A stretch of 63,273 bases of DNA from Chara braunii (taxonomy: Eukaryota; Plantae; Charophyceae): contig BFEA01000015.1 in assembly GCA_003427395.1 (NCBI GenBank), positions 2,130,349 to 2,193,621 of the forward strand, read 5' to 3'. A program made the position numbers and the translations under genes. The first letter of the stretch is position 1. Each line of letters opens with the position of its first letter. The notes under the pieces were generated by a model. That model did not search any database. It saw nothing but the letters and a program-made list of their open reading frames with translations, and had not been told where the DNA came from. This document shows positions 1 through 11,402 of the stretch, piece after piece.

Positions 1-95
1 TTCTTTTATATTTAGATGTTTTGAATTAAAGGCAACCAACCGTCAGGTCAGGCGGCCAATAGGCCGTAGAAGGCACGAAGTGCTCAGCCTAGACA
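1..95 (+). repeat. Exact copy of 17136-17230 (chimeric mate-pair read end)
   Basis: 95 bp identical to 17136-17230 and immediately followed by the junction adapter. Confidence 0.9.
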
Positions 96-133
96 CTGTC
101 TCTTATACACATCTAGATGTGTATAAGAGACAG
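96..133. other. Nextera mate-pair junction adapter (artefact)
   Basis: CTGTCTCTTATACACATCT+AGATGTGTATAAGAGACAG, complete 38-mer. Confidence 0.98.
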
Positions 134-1105
134 CTGTCACTCTCTCTCTCTATGCAATGATGGTGACGATGGTGAAGTGGAGTGGAGGACCACTAAGAAG
201 ATTCAAGAGCAGGGGGTGTGCAAGGGATTGGACAAGTGTAACAGAGAGGGGAGAAGTTACTGATGACCGTCCATACGGATGCCGCGGGTTGGGAGGAACA
301 ACGTAGTCATTATCCTAATGATGGGGACAGGACACGAAAGTGGGAGGAGGGATGATGGTGGGGAGAAGACAGGGGAGGGGGAGCAAGATGGTGATGATGT
401 TGAAGGGGTTGACGAGGAGGATATGAAGGGGTCTTCTTTTTTATTTGATGATAGGGGGTCACGTTTTTATTTGGTGAGAAGGATCACGATGGTGGTCACG
501 ACGATGGTGATGATGATGATCATCATCACGGCGATGATGGTGACGAGAACCACTAAGACAAGGGAGCGGGAGCGGGAGCGGGAGCTGGATAGAAGGACAT
601 CGGGATCGGGGAAGGTTGGAGGAATCGGAGGACCGAGGCCGGGTCAGAGGGAAGGGGTACTGGAGCAAACATCGAGACGAGCAACAAGTGGGATCGGGAT
701 AGAGGAAGGTGGGGATAGACGAGGTGCAAGGAGAAAGAGGTGTCGGACTGGGGAGCAAGATTGGGATAGAGGAAGGTATAAGATCAAGGTCACGACAAAG
801 AAAAAGGAGACAACAGGAGGAGTAGCCGCCTCCCTCTCCGACCTGCAGCCTGCCTGCTACTGCTGCTCCTTCACCCGTTCGCCAGCCCGCGGAACATCCC
901 CTCTTCTTGGCCGCAGCATGGCTATGGCGGGTCCACTTGTAATAATAAAAATAACAACTCTCTTTTTCTCCCGAACATAACGCATATACTTTGTAAATGA
1001 CAACATAGGGTGCTTTCTATCAAATACAACATGTACGCAATGTATTTGAATAGCCCCATGCGTTCTATTCGATTTTTTTCAAATTAGGAAATTAGTGGTT
1101 ATCCA

Positions 1106-1498
1106 GCGGCAGAGCTCAGTTGGTAAGGCACAGAAGTGGCATTCACGAGTTCTTGGGTTCAATCCCCATTGTCCTCATGTATCTTCCTGGGCAAGCTTGG
1201 CATTCGGTGCCTAGAGAAAGGCGTCAGTTCCCCGAGCCGCACTAAGTAGAGACTCTTGAGGGGAGGCACAGCGACTGGCTAATGGAAGAAACTCGGTCCG
1301 GGTGCTACTGGCTGATCCCTGGCCGATATCGCACGTGCTGCTAGGTGAGGCTCCCGTATGTTCCCTCGTTGGAGGTTTGAACAGGGATGTGGCTGCTACG
1401 GGTTATGTGCAATACTATAATGGTTATAAGAAAAAATGGTCAGAAAGACCATCTTGTCTAGATTCGATAGAGAGAAAAAAAGGAAAAAAAAAAAAAAC
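1106..1498 (+). mobile_element. tRNA-derived SINE-like element
   Basis: A box (AGCTCAGTTGG) and B box (GGGTTCAATCCC) in a tRNA-like head at about 1106-1172, an unrelated body, and an A-rich tail ending near 1498; no clear TSD. Confidence 0.55.
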
Positions 1499-1552
1499 TA
1501 GAACTAAACAATTTCCCCTCTCTTTGTTTTTTCTTCTTTTTCTACTTCTTCT

Positions 1553-1594
<42 letters not shown>

Positions 1595-1985
1595 CTTTTT
1601 TTTTTTTTTTTAATTAAAGCACCAGTACATGCCAACTATCAGTCGCGGGCCCCTTTCAGAGGCCGCCCACCGCCAATTCATTTTAGCTACGGCGCTCGGC
1701 GTCCTAATTAGGAGAGGCTCAAAACAGGTTCTTCAGCTGCTTGGGGTCATGTACTGGTGGTTTAAGGGTTTCCATTTGTTGGTGTTGTTGTTTTCCCTTT
1801 GAGTGTGGAAAGCCGCTTAGAGAGGTGAAACGTACTTGTGGTTTACTTTTAAGAACACCCTTTTCCATCCACGCTTTGCCAAAGTTCCCGGATGAATCAT
1901 GTGTTGAAAAGAGGGTTCCATTGGCATTCACAATATGAGCATTTTCAAAACAATCTCCTGCAAACTTCAACTCTGTAGTTCTGGG
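1553..1985 (-). mobile_element. 5'-truncated non-LTR retrotransposon 3' end with poly(A)
   Basis: Long poly-T on the + strand at 1553-1611; minus ORF 1719-1970 has an L1-like C-terminal pattern (FGKAWMEKGVL) followed by a short 3' UTR. Confidence 0.5.
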
Positions 1986-2045
1986 CTAGTGATACGAAAC
2001 TAAACCATTTCATAACACACACATGAAANAGCATTGCCTGAAGGG

Positions 2046-2078
<33 letters not shown>

Positions 2079-2923
2079 AATGCTACGACTCTAAACCTTT
2101 TAGGTCATACTCAGACAAGAGTTTTCCCATATGTATTTATCAGTGATTATGGCCAGATTCGGTTTGGCAAGTTGTCATTTGTATAATGTCTTTCTTTGTC
2201 CGTTCCCTTTACTTGGGGATGCTTATGGTATGGGCGCCTCGCCACGCCACTGTCGAAAAAGGGATTCTCAACAGTTTTTTTCTCGCTACGTATGTTGTCA
2301 AGGAGAAGACTTTGCAAGTGGTCAGAGAAGAAGTTTCGACACCTCCTTTCAGGCGATGTTGCATCCCCAGACCGCAACTTCCACATTCTCAACAGTCCTT
2401 CACCGAGCTATCGAGTTCTCCTCCAAATTTGATATGTGGAACTGAGGTTAGAACAGATGAATGTTTATCTCATCCTTAGTCGTGCTCGTCTATTTAGGAC
2501 TTGCATTCGTACATTCACCACTTCAACAATGTTGTGTGGCAAAGGGGGGGAAATGCCTAACGGGCAACTGTCACATTTCTACTGTCAGCCGTCGAAATCT
2601 TGGGACTTTCGACAGTGGTCAGGCAAGGCTCAGAGTCATAGCACTCTCATTTTTAACAATCGTGCACCTTGCACATATTTGATCTCACGTAAATCCCGTC
2701 ATGGTGATGTATCTGATGGCAATCAAGTCAAGAGATTAGTCGAAAAACTCCTAGCCTGGAGACAATAATTGATAAGTCGCGGCTTGGCTAAATTAGCCAC
2801 GCTCAAGTGTTTGGTAGCCCTGTTTGGCATGGCATGCACTGCCATCATGTTATGGGGGGATCACCAAAGAATTTTTTGGGTACCAGCCGCCAGGCGATTT
2901 TTCAAGGAACACAAATGGACTAA

Positions 2924-4592
2924 AGGCGTCATTAGACACTCCTTAGGGCGTCCTCCGGCCCTGAGGAAGAATCCACGGGGAAATTCTCATTTTTTGGAGG
3001 CATTGTTTGACTTGTCATCGAGGAATGGTTTCGAGGACAAATCCTCAGGGCCTTTCCGCAGCCAGTTTAATACGAGTATATCTGGTCGTGGGAGGTATGT
3101 TCGTGCTCCCGTTTGGGACGTCCGCTCAAGAAGGCATGTTGGTCCACAGGCGAAGGGCACAAATACATGCGGCCACGAAAAGAAAAGAAATAAAAAGGCG
3201 GGAATGCCCCCGTCCGGAATTCAAAATTCGAGTAACGACGGCTAAGCACCGCACAAGCTATCCTAGCACAGCGACAAGGTAGCGGATAGCTCGTTTACCT
3301 CGCCTTCCAATCTATGTGGGATCCTGGTCACTCCGTTCAGTGACGACGTCGACAATTGTTTCCTCGTGAGCTCATCTCCTTCGCTGAGGGTGCGTGGCAC
3401 CTTGGAGCGCAAACTTCAGTGCGTGAAGTCCTGCTTTGTGTCATTGTCCTTCGTGGTTGCCTTCAAGACGCATAGAGTGTGGCTGACGTGACGCGTTAAC
3501 GCGTGCACTGAGAACACGTGTGTACGGCGAGGAGGCAGGGTTGCTGGTAACTATGTATTTTCGAAGTTCATAGACAATGGTGGGCGGAGGGGCAAATGGG
3601 TGTGTTGTGCTGACGTCCATGGAGAAGATGGCAATGGGGGCGGTGATGCTGGCCGTCATCATCCGCTGTGATGTAGAGAGAGCGTCCGAGCACATGAAGG
3701 CAAATCTCTCGAGGCACAGGCAAAGGCTTCTCATACAAAGAGTGCTTGACGCCCATGACTGCATATTAGCGATCTCGGAGGCCATCGTCCAACTGTGTGT
3801 TGCGCTGGGTTCCGGTGTGCTCCCTCGCGTGACACCAAGATGGTGGAAGAAATGGCGAAGGGGAGGGACGTGCGAAGATCAGCAGGTGTGCGATAACGCC
3901 ACGAACGACTACTTCTGAGATGCTTCATATGATTCCTCCCAGGAAGTCGCCCTAGAAAACATGTATCGAACACGACAACCACGATGAGCGGCACGACGAT
4001 GAGCAGCAGCGGCTGCAACATGTTGTGGAGGTCATCCATGAAGGATAGGCGACAAGGACACTCCACAGACAAGTCTCTTGTCGCATGTGCGAACAGCGGC
4101 GATGCACAACAATCTGAAACACTCCAAGGAGATCACTGTCGGTGAGCGGCTGCCAGCCTGCCTAAAAATTTCACATTCCCGACCATTGGAGACCCCGCCA
4201 GAGCACGAAAGACCCCCAAAACAGTCGGTTGCAATCAACAGCGCGCCCCGTCACCACCCATCGCCAATGGTAAACGTCGAAGGTCGTTGGAGGACGTCCA
4301 CGACGTTGAAGACCAACGATGTCTGTTGCTTGCCCCCTAAAGCACGACTGGACCACCTTCCGCCTCCAAATTTCCTTCTACGCTTCATGCCGACAACCCG
4401 AGAATCGCAGATCCTCAAGCTCCAAGTGACCTCACGAGGTCTCTTGGAGCCGAGGAAGATTTGGCTGGGAAATCCTCGGGATTTATCCTCAAAGTGCCTT
4501 CACATTTTCATTTCGAATTTCATCTATGAGGACAGATGTAACGATGAGAAAATCCTTGGAGTCGTGTCCCCGAGGAGTGTCTAACGACGCCC
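2924..4592 (+). mobile_element. PIF/Harbinger DNA transposon, internally deleted
   Basis: TIRs AGGCGTCATTAGACACTCC / GGAGTGTCTAACGACGCCC; TAA at 2921-2923 and 4593-4595; contains a transposase N-terminal fragment. Confidence 0.88.
3577..3918 (+). pseudogene. Harbinger (DDE_Tnp_4-type) transposase N-terminal fragment
   Basis: PRWWKKWRRGGTCEDQQVCDNATNDYF resembles the Harbinger N-terminal W..R....W.......D..F motif; truncated before the DDE core; lies between Harbinger TIRs. Confidence 0.7.
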
Positions 4593-5160
4593 TAACTGTG
4601 GTCAAACGATTTCTCGAAGAGAGAGACCAGGCACACTCTACCAAGTCGAGATCAGTGCAGAGGGTTGGGATGACCGGTAACCGGAAGCAGCGCTCACATC
4701 ACACCGGGATCAGATAATAACGGGAAGTGGAATAGAGACCGCAGAGATAGGCATGGTAGAAGTGGCAAAGTTGCGATGCAGGTGGCACTGCGCGCAGCTA
4801 ACAGCAGGTTAGGCTATCTCAAAACAATCAGTTCCATCTGCGCCATCGGCCATGAGACGGACACTAGTACGAGCAACTGATGACATGGGGTTTGGCGGTG
4901 GCAAGTTGTATCGCCTGCTGATCTACGCCTCATGAAGTGGTCGTGGGCATATCATTATGGAGCACGTATCAGTTGAGGATGACTGCTCCCGCGAGCAAGT
5001 GCATGACAATTTTTGCATGCATACTGGAGTGACTTATTTTTCTGCGTTGAAAGTTATGTAAATGATTCACATGTGACTCACACAATGGTCTTAGGTATGA
5101 AATCCGTGCGGACACCACTTTAGGTGTGAGGCTTGTTATACTGAGCACGCCGTGGTAGAT

Positions 5161-5370
5161 TAAGGACAAGTTGGAGCTCGCTTTGGTAGTGTTTGGGGGA
5201 AAGGGGGTATTGTACCAATGTACCCTATCTCACCAGGAGCAGGGGTGCGTGCTTTGGTAGTGTAAGGACAAGTTGGAGCTCGCTTTGGTAGTGTTTGGGG
5301 GAAAGGGGGTATTGTACCCTATCTCACCAGGAGAAGGGGTGAGTGCTTTGGTAGCATTTGGGGGAAAGAG
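5161..5370. repeat. Tandem repeat, about 100-bp unit, 2 copies plus a partial
   Basis: TAAGGACAAGTTGGAGCTCGCTTTGGTAG... at 5161 and 5263. Confidence 0.85.
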
Positions 5371-5899
5371 TGGTGCCCCCCACCCAAAAAAACGTTCCCT
5401 AAATTACTAAAAGAATGAATTATGTCGCCTCATTCCAAATATAATGATGATCGGTCATCTGGTATCAACTCAAAAAGCCAAGAAAATTATATTTTTTTTT
5501 GCCTTTATGGGTGAGAGATAGGCGAACCAGAACGAACTTAAAAGTATCAATGCAACATACTTCCCGTTATTGTCCTTGAGCGCTATATCTGATAAATGTC
5601 CAAGACACGTTCACATCACGAAACGCTTGAAAGGCAAGATGGTGGCTAAGTATCTCACTGACTCGGTCAACAAGAGACCGATTTAATTTTCTCACCTAAA
5701 TGAAACCCTTAAAACCGTTTGGTTGTATCAGATGGCGATTGTGGAGAAACATGTTAGGAGATGAAAATCCTTCTCTATGGGAGAAGGAAGTCAGATCCAA
5801 CAGAAAGTCGGACAACCTAAGTCTCATGCGAAGTAAGTTAAAGGTGATGTCATAAAACTCACGAGGGCATTGAGACATATCTAGCAGAAACAAAAGAAG

Positions 5900-8110
5900 C
5901 AGCCTAGGGTTATGGATGTTTGAAAACCAGATGCATATAATCTGTATTAAAAAAACAGAATTAAATAAATGAAAGATACATAAAATAAAATTTGTTGGTC
6001 AGGACTCAAGATAATAACTTTCATCACTTGTGCAAGGTACTAAAGGTGGTACAACTATGTTCACAACTGAAAACCTATAATTAGATGTTTTGGATTTGCG
6101 AAGGATATGTTTTAAAAATGATGCAGATAATATGTGTTGTTGTATATCTACAAATTATCAAAAACGTATTTCATTTATTGCAAACTTACAAGAGACCCTT
6201 CCTACCGATAACAACCTGATTGTAACAACAGATTGGAAAATTGTTCTCAACTTTGGCTTTGACTCTCTCACTCCAATGACTTTGTGGTCAGACTTCCAAT
6301 TGTTGCTCGAGATGATAGAAACTTACCTCCTGGTGGGTATTTATCGAAGAATGCACCCTCAATCTCACATTTATACTTAATTTGGTTCCCTACAATTCAA
6401 AAATTTATAATCAGCGTCCAACCGGAGGTTCGATTATATTTTGATTAGAGGGAAACCACTAAAAACTTGTAGTACATTTCAAGTATGTGTGTTCTTAGTT
6501 TCTCCTTCTCATGTGACACTAAACTTTCGATTGGAGGATGATAAAAAAGAAAAGAAACTATTTTGTATTTCATTTAGCACATCTAACAAATCCTGATCTG
6601 CGAAAGTAGGTTGCAGACTGGAGAAAAACAACACTGTCCTTCAGAATGGGACTGGTTAGATGGAGTCACAAAAGTTGCAAGAAGTTTGTTGTTATTTTTC
6701 AAAGATTATGGTGAATAAAAAATTTAACAAAGCAAAAGTCAAATGAGAGAAGGTAAGGACGAGGGAAGTTAATTTGGGGCAACACGCAATTCTTAAATTT
6801 TTATTATATAGAGCGGATAAAATAAGCATTGCAAAACCTGTATCATCTAAAATTGCATGGGAGGAACAGTGAAAAGAATGGGTGAAAGTCAAAGAAATTC
6901 ATTTGTCATGATAGAGTGACAAAGAGACTTTGTTGAGACAGTCTGAACCATTAGTTGGATAACGTAAGCACCCCTTTACTATTGCAGTACCAATTCCAAA
7001 AGGCATAATTCAAATGTATGGCTATGTAAAGGAATACATTGAGGTCATGCGTACCACTCGAAAACCATATGACTTACTTTCAATAAACCTATGAGAAATT
7101 TTCAAATTTTGAGACTCCTCAACTACGACTCCACATAGTTGTGCAAAACTAGCTTTGAATCATTTTGTTAGAGTAGAAGAAATACACAATGTCGTCATAC
7201 CACTAAAGGTAAGACGTTGGGTCAAGATGAGTTGCAACTTAATTTTATTTGTTATGTTGCAAATGGTTGAGGCCCTATTTGGTTAACTTATACAATACAA
7301 ACCTTAATGGAGAGATGCAATTTGTAAAATGGTACAAGGAGTAAACACTCTTGATTATAAAAAAGCCACCAAGGGGAATATTATAAATAAAAGAGTCATA
7401 TCTCTTCTGTACAAAAATCTTACCTTGACTTTAACTGTGAGACTTGCAGAGTATCTTTCTCTGATAATAGGCTAAAAACAAGGAGTTTTCGCTAAAGGAA
7501 GGTCAATCCATAAGAATATAGGAGCTACTACACAAGCTATAAAGATCATAGGTCACGAGAAATGAGATATTGTTACTCTACCTCTAGATATGAAAAAAAT
7601 TATGCTAACGTGGGATTGACATTCGCAGTCACTACCTCAAACACAGAGGGCTTGATCAAAGGTTTATAACCTAAGTCGCCACAATATGCTTACACGCCAT
7701 GATTTTTGTGATGATAAATGATAAATGCATAGAATCTTCTTTTATTTTTCATTTATCAAGTCGTGGTTGTTATATAGCATCACTGACACTTTCGTTTATC
7801 TTGTATTATTTTTCGTAATACATAAATTATGTTTCAAGTTTCAGATCACTACACAATGGAAGTGTTGAGCAATTGTTGATGATTTAACTGTGTGAAAATA
7901 GACATCACTTCAATAACATTTTGATACAATAACTTTCTATTATATTTTATCACAAGTCTCTATCAATTTGAATAAATCAGTGTATTTAATATTTACACTT
8001 GTAACCACTCATCATTTGCAAGTGGGCTAGGAATGAAATCGATCTTCGGTAATTCATCAGAGCTTTTTCAGGAGTAATCAGATTGAAGAATAGGAGCACA
8101 CATATCATGT
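5900..8110 (+). mobile_element. Heavily decayed L1/Tx1-like LINE ORF2 (APE endonuclease + RT)
   Basis: NLIVTTDWKIVLN (cf. IIGGDFN), GIYRRMHP..HIYT and NRRFDYILI (cf. SRIDY) are endonuclease-like; QGVFAKGRSIHKNI and LPLDMKK near 7480-7600 are RT-like. Confidence 0.75.
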
Positions 8111-8280
8111 ATCGTTTTTTTAGCAGACCCCGTTGATATCAGTGGTTTCCTTTGTCGTGCTTTGGTATCCTTTGGTGGTTCATCGTGCAGGTAATAAAAC
8201 ACGTATGAATATCAAAACCAAAGTTAAGAGATCTCTCTAGAAACCTGGTGCGAAAGAGGAAAGAGGTTGTTTGACAAAGG

Positions 8281-8496
8281 TTGTGTAGCGAACTGAACAT
8301 GTTCGGAGCTTTTCCGAACGTCCGAACATGTTCGGGTATTCGGTCAAACGCCTCCCAAACGTGTTCAATCGAACAGATTAAAAAAAAAAATAATGATAAT
8401 ATTTTTGGTTCTTAACTCAAGTTTGGTTACGAATTTGAGTATACCTCCCTGACAAAAGTTGTTTGTATTATTATTCTACATAACATATAGTTTTTC

Positions 8497-8538
<42 letters not shown>

Positions 8539-8601
8539 ACTCTTTGCGTTCGTCCCGAACGTTATGGTTCGGTCACCAAACCCAAACACGATGCTACACA
8601 G
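8281..8601. mobile_element. MITE, same family as 20298-20670, opposite orientation
   Basis: Termini TGTGTAGC...GCTACACAG; CCGAAC/GTTCGG subterminal motifs; no TSD recognisable. Confidence 0.65.
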
Positions 8602-8838
8602 GAGTAAATGACATTGGCAGATGGTTGTTTGGGTCCCTTGCACGTGTGTTGTCACTTGTACGCACCCTCGTGCGAGTAAGGATTTGTATTCTTGTACTCG
8701 TACGCTGCTCGTATGCTAGGGGCCCCATACAAGTTTTTTTTTTAATTCGGTATTGTTTTTATTTTTTTTCTCAAATTCTAATAAGAACTTGAAGATGATG
8801 TTCAGCCAAATGTTGCTTGTTTTGTGATGTTGCAGCAC

Positions 8839-9379
8839 ATGACTATGCAAAGGAATACGTTGAGGTCATGCATACCACTCGAAAACCAGATGACTAACCT
8901 TTAATAAACCTATGATAAATTTTAAAATTTTGAGACTCCTCAACTACGACCCCACGTAGTTGTGCAAAACTAAATTTGAATCATTTTGTTAGAGTAGAAG
9001 AAATACGCAATGTCGCCATACAATGACTAAGGGTAAGACGTCGGGTCAAGATGAGTTGCGGTTTAATTTTATTTATTATGTTGGAACTGGTTGAGCCCCC
9101 ATTCGGTTAACTTATACAATACAAACCTTGATGGAGAGATGCAATTTATGAAATGGTACAAGAAGTAAACATTATGGCTTTTAAAACAGCCACCAAAGGG
9201 AATATTATAAATAAGGGAGTCATATCTCTTCCGTACAAAAAATTTACCCAGACTTTGACTTTGAGACTTGCATAGTATCTCTCTCTGATAATAGGCTAAG
9301 AACAAGGAGTTTTTGCTAAAGGGAGGTCAATCCATAAGAATACAGGAGCTACTTTATAAGTTATAAAGATCATAGGTCA
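8839..9379 (+). repeat. Diverged direct duplicate of LINE segment 7018-7555
   Basis: Collinear from ATG(G/A)CTATG.AAAGGAATAC to AAAGATCATAGGTCA. Confidence 0.9.
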
Positions 9380-11369
9380 AAGCCATAGTTCTACTCTTGA
9401 AATTGGATTTTGATGAAGACCTCGGACTAATACACTGTCAAACTATGTATAAATTACTTGATAAAACAATCTGCAAAAAAAATTGTTAAAATGACCATTA
9501 AGAGAGGGCTAAAGCAAACATTAAAAGTTACAAAAGTGAGGATTTGTTAAGGTGTGGGAACAACTTTAAGGATCTTCTATAAACAACACAAGCAATTTAT
9601 TGTGACTTCAGTCACTACTAGCTATGACATCAAGTGAACGGTCAACTTCAGAAAGCATGACCCTTTTAAAAGAAGTGACAAATACAATCGTGTATGGAAA
9701 ACCACAAGACACGTGTAATTGGATAGTCCCTCCTCCATGCGTATTTAGAGTTGGTGGAGAAAACACTTAAGAAACTTTGATAGAGAATATTTTTGGTGGT
9801 ATGGAGAATGAATTTTATCTAGTACGATGGGGACGCTAAACCATGCAGCAACGCCATCATGATGGTGGTATGTAGAAATAAACAATCATGTTTTTCATCA
9901 AGAAATCATCTAAGATACTGTTGTTCTCAAATCTGAGACCGAGGTGTGAGTAAGATACTAGATATTGGCAGATTGGAAAAGTCAAGCCAAGGAATGGTCA
10001 CAATAGAAGCATGTTAAACGGTTTTCGAAGTCAGGAAAAAAATGACTTTTAATTTTTGTAAGAGAGATGCTTGGTTTTAGCCCCACAGTTATGTTAGTTA
10101 TCGAAAGGTCATGCTATGCTCGGTTGCAAAGTGTAATATGTTTATTTGATTGATAGATAGTTTTGCCTCAGCAGTTGTCATAGTGGGTAGTGATTTTATT
10201 ATCTTAGATCGTAGGACTTGCGACGTGAGAGTCTGAATGATTGAAGAAGGTCAGTTTCTTTTCTGGTATGAATTGAGGCGAAGCTGGTTAATGGCCCAAA
10301 GGCCCCCAATACCTTATCCATGTCGAACTGTTTGGTCTCTGGCTTAAAATTTCATGTAATATATTCAGATTCTTCCAAAAATAAAAAAAATAAAAAATAA
10401 ATAAAAAATGGCGCATCATCACGCATGTGCAAAGCGTATTTTTTTGCATGGCACCACCAACCTCTTCAAGTTGCTTTTGGTAGGCCGAAACCCTAACTGT
10501 ATGGGGAGAACAAAATAACTAAGAAATAGATTGATGGTTGAAGTCCCAAGTAGCAAGCGAATAAATAATCTTTGGGTTAGGTAAAAACAATATGGAGGCA
10601 GTCTCAACTGAGTCTCTTCAAAATCTGGACTTTTCTTGACTCCCAGAGCCCACATAAAGACAAAGTCACAAAGCGTTGAGTTTGTTTTTTTTGTATGGGA
10701 GTGATAAGACGGGGTTAGGATTTGCAATATGAATGAATGAGTGGCAAGAATCAGTTTGTGAGTTTCGATAGGAAGAGTGTAATGATATATCTTATGGGAG
10801 ACATTATTTTCTATGTCTCTTCCTTTTTTTTTGCAGAGGTCGTATTTTTAGTGATGGTCAGATTGTCAAGTTCACCCCGACTTTTTTGCCACCTCGCAAC
10901 AAATTCATTCTTTCATTGCTTTTATGAAATGAATGGTTAAGAATCTTAAGATATTTGTTTTCTTTTGTTTTTTATAGGAATTTTTCTTCGTTCAACACCT
11001 TAGTGAGTGCAAGAAAACTATGAAACCTCACATTCATTGAATGCGCCTTTTCTTTTCAAAAGTTCAACAGAATTGAATTCCGTTTCAATGAACGCACGTG
11101 CACACGGAGTTCATTTCGCATGGACAGGGAAAGGGGGGAGGGGGGAGGGAGGGAGTTAGGTTCCCTTGGGTTTGTGTCGATCTTCCCAGGCCCAAAACAA
11201 AAAACAAAAGTGAAGGAAAGAAAAAAAGCAGAGAGAGAGCGAGAGAGAGAGGTTGGACTTGGTTTCCAGCAAGTGTCCCTCCCCACCAACAGATGAGCAA
11301 CCCGACTATCAAATCCTCAATCCTACTGGTTCTCTTACCACCATTGGGATAAAGGGCTTGTAAATGAAC

Positions 11370-11402
<33 letters not shown>

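Noticed and set aside
96-133. Tn5 mosaic-end inverted pair as a real transposon
   Set aside because: Exact Nextera mate-pair junction adapter, recurring at gaps and chimeric joins
279-980. 233-aa ORF as a gene
   Set aside because: Low-complexity purine-rich sequence next to an adapter; no recognisable domain
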